Source: Octopus sinensis
Lineage: Eukaryota
Direction: 5' to 3'
Assembly (NCBI RefSeq): GCF_006345805.1
Contig: NW_021833028.1
Span: 62,001 to 126,000, forward strand
DNA: 64,000 bases
Of the stretch, positions 13,171 to 25,585 are shown piece by piece. Under the pieces are notes generated by a model that saw only the letters and a list, made by a program, of their open reading frames with translations, was not told the DNA's origin and searched no databases. Each line of letters starts with the position of its first letter. Position 1 is the first letter of the stretch. Both the position numbers and the translations under genes were made by a program.

Positions 13171-16100
13171 ATGAATTATTCTGGAATTAAAAACGTTTCA
13201 AGTTTCACAGAACAGCCAAACCTGCTAAACGAATTTGACAGGTATTATATTTAAATATATCAGCACTTTCTACGGAATAAAGATAAGCCAGGAACTTTTA
13301 CTCCGGCTAGATCGAGTATACTCTTTCTCTCTTTTACATCAAGACTGTCAATATTTTGGAAGAACAGCTTCGTATATCAGAAATAAATGGAGCCGAAATA
13401 GCCCTCAAACTCGGCCATTTAAACCTTATTCTTAAAAGCTATCGGAAATGTAACTTTTTGATAATATTCTAAGCACTTTCTGCATATCAGTTATATTTCA
13501 AACTGAACAAAGATTCCTGGAGAAATGAAAATTTTCTCTTTGGAATAGGAATTTGCTACTACCGTTTCGGATCAATAGAAAAGTAAGTCAACATTCATTC
13601 ATATTTTAAGTGCCCTCAAAGTACTTCTTCAACTGCTGTTCGAATGCCCTCTTTTTTGTCGCTTAGTGGATGTTTATTTTATTCTGGCTCTTATATACCG
13701 CGTAAAACGGAATTATTCGAGATATTTATACGTTTTTTACTGATTGTGAGTATATTTAGTTCCTCAAACTAACTCTTCATCAATGCAAGCCTTACAGCCT
13801 CCAGTACTACGAAGGTAGGCAGTATTTTTATATTGAAATAGTCAAGCTATTCATGGTTCAAGGCTACGTTCACAAAGTTGTTAGAAACAAATGTTTTGTA
13901 GGGAAAAATCAATTTGGCTGGAAAATTTTTACAAGAAATTTTGGAATCGAGTTGTCCTCAGAAGGTCAAGTCTCAGGCGATGCTTCAAACTGGTATTTGA
14001 GTGGCATGTCAGAATAGCCTGGATGCTCTTCACTGGGATAGACATGTCGGGAATTGCCAGGAAGGATGAGGTCGAGGACTACCTCCGTCTGGCTATCATG
14101 TCTGACCCCTCCAACATCACTGCCTGGTACTTCTTCGGGCGGTAGGCGTAAGTGGACTATTCAGTAGATATAACTCAGAAGTAGGCAATATTGGGCTGGC
14201 CTTGGATATTTATCTTAGCACAGTGGATAACATTTGGGGTACCTCCAAGATGTGGTGTTCTGTCGGGTTGTCTACTTTATCAGCATTTCAGACTTCTCTA
14301 TCACGGACAAAACCAGCACAGCGACGCCTTGCAAGCATATGTGTGTGCATTGAAATTAAATCATTGCGATGCTGGCACGTGGATAAATATGGCCATTCTG
14401 TATGAGCAGAACATGCAGATTAACGACGCCGTCGAGTGCTATCGCCATGCACTCAAGTATTCTAGTGAGTGCTTGTTTTGCTCATTTGAAGCACAAAAGC
14501 AACAAATTCGTAGCAAAATATACTCCCTGGCCAGCCATAACGTAGTTCCACGACAAAACAAGTCGTTTTGTTTCAATTTTTAGGCTTCTCTCAATCCGTG
14601 AGGTTGTAAACGACGTTTTTTTCAAATCGGTAATTCATAAGAAAGTTGTTCTTTGATTGTTCCAATTTAGTTGAGGAATGACGGCGGAGAGTACACCAAA
14701 TTGCTGTTTAAAAAGACTTCAACTGTCTATTGCGTTGATCTGTCGTTTAATCGTGGTAGGAGAATTTATCTGAGTTGTCCAGTCGGCTTTACAGTTTCGG
14801 ACTTAGTCAAGAAAATATTGACAATCTAAAAAAAATGGAGGGAGTGCCTTTAAATTCGCTTGTCGTTTTTTTGGTAATTTTTTTAGTCAGATACGTTTCT
14901 CCGTGGATATGCCTTGATCTGTCGGTCTGACGAGTTGGTTTGCCCTTCAACCCGGTTTTTTGATGCTGAGGAAGTATTGTTGTTATATCAGTAATACAAG
15001 CTATCACACAAATCTTGTTCTCATTACGGAATCGACTCGAGTGATTTAAAAATGCTTCCAACGGGTATTTTTGTGGCTAATTTGTTGATGTCGGATGTAT
15101 TTCAGAGAAGTCTCCTTTTAATAACTCGTCCATCAAGTCTTTGGGAATTCCGTTGCAAAGACGTACCAAAATAATTAATGTGATTTATATTCTTTATTTT
15201 TAGTTTGATTCCAAGTTGGAGTCAGCCTGGATTGAGCTCAGAAATATTTGTTATCGAAATGACTGCGCTGTGATTAAAAATTTATGTTTGCATACAAAAT
15301 TTGGTAGATTTATTGAAATATCCAGATTGTTCTGCATTTTCTTCATCTTTGTTACAAAAGTTGATTGCACAGAGAGAAACATTAGTAAAAATCCACGTTT
15401 ATTCCAAATTTACAACTGTTGGTAGGCCTATCATGGGACTCCAGAAGAGAACGGGGATTTTAGTGGGGAGAATGGATGGAGAATGACACAAAAACATATC
15501 AAATCAGACGTGTTTCGTTCTGCAGCTTATCAATTTCGTAGTTTCAAAGATGCGTCAAAAGTTTGTGAAATATGCGTCATTCTAAGGCCGAATCGTGCGG
15601 ATTGGAAATATCGGATTCTTTTCAGGACAAGGAAATCCACATATCCAACGTTGAGCTTTTTGCTGAAGGAGAATCCAGTAATTTATGGTCCCAACAAAAG
15701 CATGAACTTGACAAATTTCCGTCATTTTTGAGGGTCTTTTAGCTTTAAATGATTTTAGATAAATTCGAAATTAAATATGCTCACGTATATTAATTATTGG
15801 CCTGTTCACGCTGGGCCTTGTTTAAATATGCTTGTGCCGGGTTCTCGGCTTACTGGTTTGTTTACTTTTTTATTCCCAGCTCGCCGAACTTTAGGGGGGT
15901 TAGTGTCCGTTTATCTCAATACGGGACCTGGGAATGTCGAGTGGTTTTGTATTCCGAGCGAATTTTCATCCGAATTTAATTCTGCCTGCGAATTGTTGTA
16001 AATTATGTACTAAGAATTAGTTATGGGATGAGCTGTTTTGACTCCAATTCTTCGATATGGCCAAATCTGGATTCGTTGGGCGAATTGAATATTCCATATC

Positions 16101-16785
16101 ATCGATTTATTCAAAAAAGTGGGGATTTAATCTGGCTGAATTCTGGCTGCATTTATTACTTCCAATCTCATGTGGATTTTCGTTTGATAAAATAGGGCTG
16201 GGCGAACACGGTCTCTTGGTGTTTGGCACCAATGACGCGCCAGCACTTGCAATCGATCGTAGCGTGTTATGAATTTGACAGATATAACTATTATAAGCAG
16301 ACTGTCCCAGCTGTACATTTGTGTTGGACACTGAGACAGTCACTGCGATTTGTCGATGAACAGTTTTTTAGTATTGTCAAGTATTTTTTACATATATTCG
16401 AGAAATGTGTTGTGGAATTCTCTAATGAAGTGCCAAAGAATTTCCGAATATGTGATTTCCGCTGGGTATCAGTCCAGGATGAAGAGAATGAGTGATCACT
16501 GTTTTAAAGACGATAAGTTTAGAGTCTATTTTTGCATTGTTTGCCGGGTTGTGGGTTTTACTTTGACTTGGATAGTGTGAAATATTCAATTTTATATTCG
16601 CGCCTGTAGATTCGAGTGATATTTCTGTCAATCACTCATCAATGAGTGACAAGATTACTGTGAGTGTAATGTGTCATCGTTGTGTTCTTCAACGGTACTC
16701 CAATTTAGATAATGTGATTATAATTATGGATCGAGAAATGAGCGAATTAACGAATATTCATGATTCATTCCAACGTGTTGTTTAA
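13171..16785 (+). CDS. KDM6A: KDM6/UTX orthologue (TPR + JmjC + Zn finger); JmjC catalytic residues substituted
   Basis: LGHLNLIL, LSAYQ, WYFFGR, WCSVG|LLY, DALQAYVCA, VPGSR, GPGNVEWF, RFIQKSGDLIWLN, CIVC..CHRC; many 22-35 nt introns; linker 14600-15200 not fully resolved. Confidence 0.92.
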
Positions 16786-17144
16786 TTATTTATTTTTGCA
16801 TAAAAATGTCTTTTTTGATATTTTTTGACTTATTAAATGAGTTTAATTTTACTCAAATCTTACTATGCATATAAAGAAAATCTATCTTTTCAGGTAAGCC
16901 AAATGAGAGTTCGATAAGTTGTAGAGTTCTTTACGTCGCCGACTGTAAATCTTGCGATGCTAGTTCAACTAAGACTGAAAACATGGACTATATTCACAGT
17001 ATATCGTCTAGAACTGCATTTTTATCAAATTTTCATAAACAAGCTCAGATGGTTTCAATCACTTAAGTTGTATAATTCAGAAGGGACAAATGTGTTGTTG
17101 TTTACAAAACAAAGCATTGCACTTTAGAAGCAAGATAGGAACTT

Positions 17145-18619
17145 TGCGGACAAGATTATCTATTCGGAGACTGGAGTCCAGCAAGGGGACCCGCTTGGTC
17201 CACTTCTCTTTGCGTTGGCAATCGACGAAACTGTACGTTCCATCAGCGCGGAACTGAACCTCTGGTATCTTGATGATGCCACGATTGGAGGGCCGTGGGG
17301 AAAAGTTTTTGACGTTCTGTCACAAGCCGTGCCTGTACTACGAAAACTCGGACTCGATATAAATATAAAGAAATCGGAGCTGATAAATATCACAACAAGG
17401 GTCTTTCTAGAGTTACGGAGAAACTCTCCTTACTCAATGCTCATACTGCATTCTTCCTTTTGAAAAATAGCATTGGCTTGCCTAAACTCCAATACGCTCT
17501 CCGTTGTTCTCCCTGCTTGGAACATCGAGACATTCTACAGACACTGGATAGAACTTTGAGAAGTTCAGCTGAATCGCTCTTGAACATCCACTTTGACGAA
17601 CCTGGTTGGAATCAATGCAAACTTCCTACACGCATCGGAGGAACGGGTCTCAGGTCGGCGCTGGATTTCGCATTCCCGGCATATCTGTCATCGCTTTCAA
17701 GCTGCAGTCATCTCGTCCAGGAAATCCTACGTAACACTACTGGACTCTCCTTGGACACAGTATTTGACAAGGCTTGCTTGCCATGGAAAGAAGCCGGACT
17801 TTCAATCCCGGATGATGTCTCGAGACAGAATTGTTGGGACGCAATATCATGCAAGTTGAACCAACACCGGCTCGTCTGTTTGCTATCCGGGGCACAGCAC
17901 GGGAGTGGTGCATGGCTCCACGCATTTCCATGCAGTTCATTCGGTACGCTTATGGACGACGATTGTGTGAGAATCGGTGTTGCACAACGCTTGGGTCTTG
18001 ACGTCTGTCAGGAACACAGATGCCGGTGTGGAGGAATAGTCGATTCCAAAGGACTACACCTTTGTCTTGCAAGAGGAGTGCAGGTCGCGCTCCCCGCCAT
18101 GCCGCACTCAACGACATAATACGACGGGCCCTCGAGAGCGCAGGATTTCCAGCACACCTGGAACCCGTCGGGCTTGACTGGGGAGATGGCAGAAGGCCCG
18201 ATGGGATAACTCTTTTCCCGTACTCGAAAATCACTCGCATGGGATGCGACGTGCGTAGACACGTTCTCCCAGTCCATGATTCTTCGGAATATTCATTCGC
18301 CCGGTTGGGCTGCTAGTGCAGCAGAAAAGGCGAAGATATCTAAGTATTTGGAGATCGGAAAACTTTTCCGTTTTGTCCCAATCTCGATAGAGACGTCTGG
18401 TGTAGTGGGATCCAAAACCGCGGAATTTCTCAAGGAAATTGGGGCGATGCTGGCTAAACGAAGGAGGGACAGTCGCGAGGGGTATTGGCTCCGCCAACGT
18501 ATCGGAATTGCAGTTCTTCGTGGCAACACGCACGCGATACTGGCTGCCGGAGCGTGACGATTTATAATATAAAACTAATCTAGCTTCGTTTTGGTTAATA
18601 AAATTAAATAATAACACAA
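17145..18619 (+). mobile_element. 5'-truncated CRE-type retrotransposon (RT C-terminal part + CCHC + REL)
   Basis: [41 protein letters not shown]; 13-bp TSD AAGATAGGAACTT (17132-17144, 18620-18632). Confidence 0.92.
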
Positions 18620-19179
18620 AAGATAGGAACTTGTTTTCGCATCCACTGGGTCATTATGCAATTATTGTAAAAAAACATAAAAACTTTTGACCATTTTCCA
18701 GCTCTAGCGTTCGGGTTTAAGTTAGGGTTAGGATGAAAATCATATGCGAGTTCTCCTTGTGGATGCAACCAATCTATTTGATTTTTTAGGAGACCCGTCT
18801 CCGTTATTGTTGACTTTATTAACTTGTTTACTTCCTCTGCACCCTCCCTATCATCTTAAACTAAGGATTTATGATATGTTGTCTCAATATGTGATTGTCC
18901 AGTTAAAAAAAACTTGCACTATAACCTATTCAAGCCGCTGAAAATAATACGTCGATACTCCATAAGCGCAGATATCAACAAATGGGAAAGTGCGTCGCCT
19001 TCTGTATAAATTCGTCTTAAAATTTGTTTTCGTGGATGCTTTTGTGTGATGTGGCTATTATTTTTCTTATTTAAATACTCATTTTCAAAAAATCAACAAA
19101 TCCAAAAATACACTGAAAACATGGACTAAATCAGAAATATGATTTATTTAGGAAACAATAAAAAGTGTCACCGTGCGAT

Positions 19180-19600
19180 CTAAGACAGCTCAATTCCAAG
19201 ACAACTACGTTTGGATGGCTTGTAATCCCCCTCCTTGTTGGCCAACAACTTCTCAATCTCCTTCTCTTCTCAATATCCGTTTAAACCTATTTGAATATAT
19301 CGATGTTCGTTATTTTTAACGTCCGAAGGATTCTCAGTAACCTCCTTAAACACCAAAGTTCAAAAAATCAATTTTTCGTCCATCCGCCTTTTTCAGTATT
19401 CATGTTTCCGCGCTTTATAGAAAAACCGGAAGCACAATTGCATTGCCCAGTATGACTTTGATCCTTAAGCAAATATCCCTGCTCTTCCATATACTGTCCA
19501 TTTTCAAGAAACAACTCCGTCCCATGCCAGTAGCTTTCTTCATCCCTCCTGGCAGGCATTTTGAATCTTGAGTTAAGCTTTCTTTGTCAGAAGCGCTAGC
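19180..19600 (-). mobile_element. RTE-clade LINE remnant (RT C-terminal region)
   Basis: Broken frames give MDSIWKSRDI, NAIVLPVFL, FELWCLRRLLRI. Confidence 0.6.
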
Positions 19601-19739
19601 AATTTTAAGAGCCTGAGCGGTGATTTAGGTGTTGACAGAGACCCGCTCGGAGCTCTTAACAGCCATTTTGTATTTGAAATGTTTTATTGCAGCACTCCTG
19701 ACAACCAGTTGGATATCGTTCCACAATTCATAAGGCATT

Positions 19740-21150
19740 CAGTAATCCAATATTTTGCTTTTCATTTTGCGATTTTTGGAGATCGACTTAATATTTATAT
19801 CAAAAATTTTATTTTACAATTAAAAATTAATGCGATTTTTGGCATGTAATTCACTTGCGATTATCAAATTCTGGCTCGTATAAAGCTTATTGCTATTCTC
19901 ATGCAATCCCCAAGATGGTCATCCGTTAAAAACGTGTCCTGTATTGAGATTTTATCATTTTCATACTTGAAAATGATGTTTTGGATAAATATGTGCTTCC
20001 AAAGCATGAAAGAATTCGTTGATACGAATCAATCAAAATTGGATATTTTCCTGAGACATAAATTTCCACATGTTGACATTTGAATGTAATTTTAAAGTGA
20101 TGTCATTTTTTAGATTTATAATTTCTATTTGACTTTTTCTTCGATCAACGTCAAAAATCTTGCTAAATTCTTCTGAAATATTTTCGATGTCTACATCCAT
20201 GAACGGAGAAACAAAGAAACTGCATAATATAGTAATTTCTTGAAATCGCTAAATGTTATAAACTCGTTCATTATTTTTAGTACCATAGCAATTCATTGAC
20301 ATAATGATTTTTATTCACAAGTTGTTTTGTGAATTCATCTTCAATGTTAGGAATGGGTAAAATTTTCTTTTCTGATTTGAGATATCCATAATTCCAACTT
20401 CATTATGAAAGCATTTTTGAACTGATCATATCGATAATATATATTTCTTTCCCTGTAATTCTAAATTGAGAAAAACACGAACATGCGTAAAGATTCCTTT
20501 TTACTGCGAAAGAAGATTTTCAGAAATGCTTTCAGCCCTTCTGACAATTGACTGTTTTGAGAGCTGAAGTCTTTGATGCAATTTGAAATTTCCTGTTTAT
20601 TTTTCATACCATCAAATAGTGAATCGGCAGCTTCCAAAAAACAAGATTTTAAAATTCCCCCATCAGTGAAAGGTTTTTTATGTTTTACGAAGAGACGAGT
20701 CACTCGCAATGATGCAATTGTTGCAGATCTGGACGAATTAATAAACTTTTTCAAAATTGTATGTTGTGAAAAAAAAGATTTTTTAATTGTTCAACTTTCT
20801 CTTCCCGTAATAAGGAATTTAAAGGAAAGTGTTTGTTGAACTCGGGATGTAAAGAATTAAAATGCCGACAAAGATTTCCCCTTTTTGGTAATGAAATGAT
20901 TTTATTGCATAGCTACATGTGCATTTTTCCATGTGCATCGTAAAAATATAGTCTTTTTCCCATTTGGCATTAAATTTATATGATTTGGACTTTTTGTTAC
21001 ACCTCATAACAAGACACGTGAAAAATACTTACTTAATATTGATAAATATTTTTTTTTATAATAATTTAAATACAAAAAAAAATAATTAGCATTTATATAT
21101 CGAGCGATCGACCACGAAACATGCCGCGATCGACCGGTTGGCCACCCCTG
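19740..21150 (-). mobile_element. Degenerate Buster-type hAT transposon
   Basis: TIR CAGGGGTGGCCAACC at 21150; FNAKWEKDYIF, KHKKPFTDG; shares end sequence with 46023-46279. Confidence 0.8.
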
Positions 21151-21152
21151 CT

Positions 21153-21620
21153 CTAGCAGTGACCAAGCTTTTTTGACAGTCTCCATGTTTCATAGCTGGT
21201 ATCCGAACGTGATACATCGACAACGTTGGTCTTGTCCGTGTTCATAATTAAGAAACATTCTCTAAGTTCTCCCGGTGCAATCTCCAATAGTCTAAGGTGC
21301 GCGGATTTGCCGGTCGACACAAAGTAGACGTCTTTAGCGTAAATTGTTTCGCTGATTGGCTTCTCGTATAGGCTTCTCAACTCTCTCAATGAGGCCTCGA
21401 GGTAAATCACAAACAGAAGAGGTGAGGGATAGTCGCCTTAAGGGGTTTCCACGTTTGTCAGCAAAAGTCTGGACAATATTGTTCCAAGGCGATCAGTGAG
21501 TTCCGTTTTTGTCAGTTACACTCTTATCATTCTGATGTCATCTTCGTTTGAGAAAGTTTCAGGACTCTCATGAGTGAGTCTGGACGGATAGAGTCAAACG
21601 CTCTTGACATATCGATCCAA
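21153..21620 (-). mobile_element. RTE-clade RT fragment
   Basis: IDMSRAFDS, SPLLFVIYLEASLRELR, IYAKDV. Confidence 0.7.
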
Positions 21621-22443
21621 GTATTTACTAGTTTTAGAATATTAACATTACTCACATTAAGTCAAAAAATTTAAAACGGAAAATGTCTGAAGTTTTCTGA
21701 AAGGATTCTTTGAAATCATGGTATTTGACGTGTAAGACCTAGACTCTAAATGATCATGTACTTCATATGAGTACAAATTTTCTATTTATCCCGTTGTTAC
21801 GCATTTAAATGAAACAAAAACCTACCAAAAATGAAAAATCAAACCAATCGAGTCGTAGAATTCACCCGATTAAATCTGAAATCAAAAACGGTGGAGTAAA
21901 GACAAATAAAAGCATAACAATATATTGAACCCTTTTTGCTCTATCTTCTGTGGATGGAATTCCGCTAATGGGTCTGCTTTTGGTATTGGAAGAGTCTTTT
22001 ATTTCGATAAAAATTAATAATTTGGTTATTTCCATCGACGAAAATATATAATAAATATTTTAAAATTTTTGATGAAATTCGGAAATTTTCCATTTTTCAA
22101 ATTTGACAGGAACCAAAAATAGAAACTTAAAAGTGTTTACTGTCTTTCCATTTTATCCGCTTTTTCATCTTTTCTCCAAATTTTACAATATTTCCGAGGG
22201 CTATTTTCCTTTTTTATGAACTTCAGAATTTGTTAGATTTTTTACTTCCTTTTTGAGATCAATGCCGATCAAGAAGTCAAAAGGCTTTTGTTTTGTAGTT
22301 TCATGAATTGATTAATTGTATCTTTACTATTTTTTGACGCATGTTTATAGAGGCGGTTCTCAACCTGGGTTCGATTCGAAAACCAAAAGTCGAAAATCAA
22401 CTCAGATCAATCGTAAAATGGTAAAAAATAAATTCAATAGTTT

Positions 22444-23127
22444 AAGAGTGCTGGCAGAATTCCTCGCCACACTTACCTCAATGACGTCGTGAAAAGGGCA
22501 CTGAGTCGGCAGGTTTCCCCTTCACTCTAGAGCCAGTCGGTCTCTGTCGGAGTGATGGAAAGCGTCCTGACGGGATGACTACCTTCCCTTTCAGGGAAGG
22601 CAAGTCCCTGATTTGGAATGCAACTTGTGTTTGACTCGTTCTCCGCGACGATGTTACTTAAGTCCATCACTAACCGGGTCTGCCAGTGCTCAGGCTGAGG
22701 AGGCTAAGAGGTCGAAGTACGGAAGTATTCCGGACTCTTACGAGTTTGTGCCCCTCGCCTTCGAAACATCTGGAATCGTCGGCAAGTCTGCGACTCGCCT
22801 TCTTTCCGACATTGCCAGGAGAATTGCCAGGAGACCAACGACCGGAGGGAGACGAGCTGGCTCTTCCAGCGAATCTCGGTCGCGGTGCTCCGCGGAAACT
22901 GCCACTCGATACGCAGTGCGGCGACTTTGAGCTGACCTCCAGGCTCTTATAAATTCGTGAATAACTATGGTATTTGTCGAACTTATGGTACTTTTGTCGA
23001 TTATAAATTAAATATCTATTTTTTCACTAAAAAAATTAATTAATTTTAATTATCTTCTAAAAAAACTGCGACCACTTCGACAAAAGTACCTAACTTATTC
23101 CCTGAATCAAACCTAATAAATAAAAAA
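22444..23127 (+). mobile_element. 5'-truncated CRE-type retrotransposon, close copy of 6757-7330
   Basis: Near-identical reverse complement of 6800-7330; A-rich tail; probable TSD AATAGTTT. Confidence 0.88.
22987..23090. mobile_element. Small MITE (Merlin-like) in CRE 3' UTR
   Basis: 14-bp perfect TIR GGTACTTTTGTCGA; flanks GAACTTAT/TAACTTAT; absent from sister CRE copy. Confidence 0.7.
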
Positions 23128-23182
23128 AATAGTTTTATTTTTTTTCGTTTAAATTGTCAATATAAAAAAACTATTATTTGAC

Positions 23183-24219
23183 ATGGACAAACAGGTCCTA
23201 TGTAATGAAGTTTAAAAATTAATTAACATTTAACAGTTATTTATTAATTAACATTTGAAAATTCGGCCATTCTCGCGCGGAAATCTCGCTCTGTCTACTG
23301 TCGATCCTGGGCACTCTTTGAGGCTGGCCGAAGGTAGCAAGATTCCTAAATTTCAGAGCTGCAGTCTATATAAAACAATGGAAGTAACATTCTACTAGGA
23401 AAGAAGTAAATAAAACTTTTCAAACAAAAAAGCCAATTTTAGGTAAAACAAATGCTCCCGACGAAAGCTGTAATGAATTTTTGTATTAAAATATCAGATA
23501 CAAATAATAACATCAAAATTTCCCAGATTGCCAATAACGCCATCATTGGTTTTTCTGGGAACATGTATGTTTTGGATTTCTTGGAGCAAGAATTTTCTCG
23601 TTATTTTCTGTATTTTTTGAATTAATTTGTTTTCTAGACGGTCTTGGGATGTATATCCAATGTTTTTGAAAGATTTCATTAAAAAAATTCTATCAAATTT
23701 CATACTTCCACACCAATTATCGGTATATTTGAGTTCTTGTTATATTTTTAGACCGTTATTCTCTTATGTGTCCATAATGCAGGAATTTATCAATTTGCAA
23801 TAAATTCCTTCTCAACTGTAGACTGCACATGTCGCGTTACGACAATCGGGTCAGGCGGAATAAGGACGCGTACTTGGATAAATATGCAGTATTTTCTTTT
23901 ATAATCATTGCCAGTTATCGTGGAATTCATACAACACAGAGTGAGGCTATTGAGTTAGCCCACAATGCCATTAAACATGCAGCACTGACTGATCGATTTA
24001 CTGGAGGATTTTCCAATAGTATATTTGCATATATAATACTTTAGTTGAATTTATAATTTATGAATTTATAAATGAATATAATGAGGAAAGTTAATTATTA
24101 TATATTTAAGATATGAATATGTTTATATTAATAAAATTTAAATAAATTATTAGTATACTTTAGTTTATACAATCTCGATTCTTGGAATAAATTTTGTCGT
24201 CCTTTTTCAGCTTTTTTAA
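23183..24219 (+). CDS. Divergent proteasome beta5-like paralogue lacking propeptide and Thr1
   Basis: Spliced ORF with SAILARKSR, IKISQIANNAIIGFSG, TTIGSGG, EAIELAHNAIKHAALTDRFTGG; three introns match PSMB5 phases; 5' exon structure less certain. Confidence 0.72.
24061..24157 (+). repeat. 97-bp direct copy of 25041-25138 (RPL41 upstream region)
   Basis: Identical apart from one A; insert flanked by duplicated ATACTTTAGTT. Confidence 0.9.
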
Positions 24220-24419
24220 TGCGTATCGATTCTAATCTTCATTAATTTTTTATTGTCATACATTTTTCTTAAATTATTAAAACTAGCTAATAAACAATTC
24301 CGTGAAAAGAAAAAAATATTAAGATAATATCGAGCAACATATATAAAAACTAAATATGACAAAGAAGTCAGACGTTCTTCAGGAAAAGTTGTTTGTGGCT
24401 GTTAAACAGAGCGCTGCGG

Positions 24420-24845
24420 ATACTATCGGTTATAGAGACAACCGTTCAAGCATCTTCAAAAACAAGGCCCGTCGGTTCCAGAATTGAAGGGAAACCAGCT
24501 CTTTTCAGAGCTTTGTGAATTAGATTGTTAATTTCAGTGTGCCGAGGAAATCGGCCGGCGCTTATTCGGATGTAGCCAAAGGCGTCAACTTTATCCCCAC
24601 AACAACAGAGGTGAGGTCTGCAGACAGGGAGTCGAAGGTACCCAAGATACCCAAACGGAGTGAATCCCTATCGAGGACAGTATCCAAAGGTGGAGAAGGG
24701 AGTACATTCAGCCAGGAGCCTGAGTATGGCTGACAGGCGGAACGGAAACAAGTCAGTCTGTGTTGGTCGAGGAGTGGTTCCAAGTCAGTTGAAGGTCGAC
24801 GGCAAAGAATTTTGTCCCAATCTCGCTGAGAAAAGACATCGGAAG
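24420..24845 (-). mobile_element. CRE-type internal fragment
   Basis: DQHRLTCFRSACQPYSGSWLNVLPSPPLDTVLD; RHTEINNLIHKAL. Confidence 0.75.
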
Positions 24846-25146
24846 GGACTTTATTTCCACTAATTTTAAATTATCGATTGAAGTAACACTCACTTCCACA
24901 TTAATTGGCTTATTTGTAGAGAAATATATTAGATTTCTATTTCAAAAGTGATAGAGCATGCTCATTAATTACTCTTAAGTCGATAAGCTTACTTTCCTAA
25001 AGTCTTCCTATACACTTTTGTACTTCCTTTTTAATATTTTTGAATTTATAAATGAATATAATGAGGAAAGTTAATTATTATATATTTAAGATATGAATAT
25101 GTTTAATATTAATAAAATTTAAATAAATTATTAGTATAACGTGTTG

Positions 25147-25280
25147 ATGAGGGCTAAGGTTGTGTCATGTTAATAATTTTTAGTGGAAAAAGAAAAGGAT
25201 GCGAAAACTCAAACGCAAGCGTCGTCAAATGCGGAATCGGTTAGAAATTTCCCCTTTAAATCATTTTTAGTGCAAAGTAG
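25147..25280 (+). CDS. RPL41: Ribosomal protein L41 (eL41), 25 aa; missed by ORF track
   Basis: Exons 25147-25158, 25184-25239, 25271-25280 give MRAKWKKKRMRKLKRKRRQMRNRAK*. Confidence 0.96.
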
Positions 25281-25585
25281 TTAATTTTCACTGATTTGAT
25301 CTTTCTGTTTAATAATTACATCTTTCCCATTCTTTTTGATCAGATATATATTTCTTTAAATTAGATGCTTAGCCCTCGTTAGCCTACACGTGAATAAGCA
25401 CTTAGGCCATTAGAGCCATGCATTGAGAGGCATCTACAAAAACCTTCCTAGGAAAGAGTCTTTATTATAGTTTCAGTAGAATCCTCATAATGACTTACAA
25501 AGTAAGTTAGAAAAATAAAATTATTTAAAGAAATTTTTAAATCATAAATTTTAATAAAATAATGTTAATTTAAATAGATTTTTAT

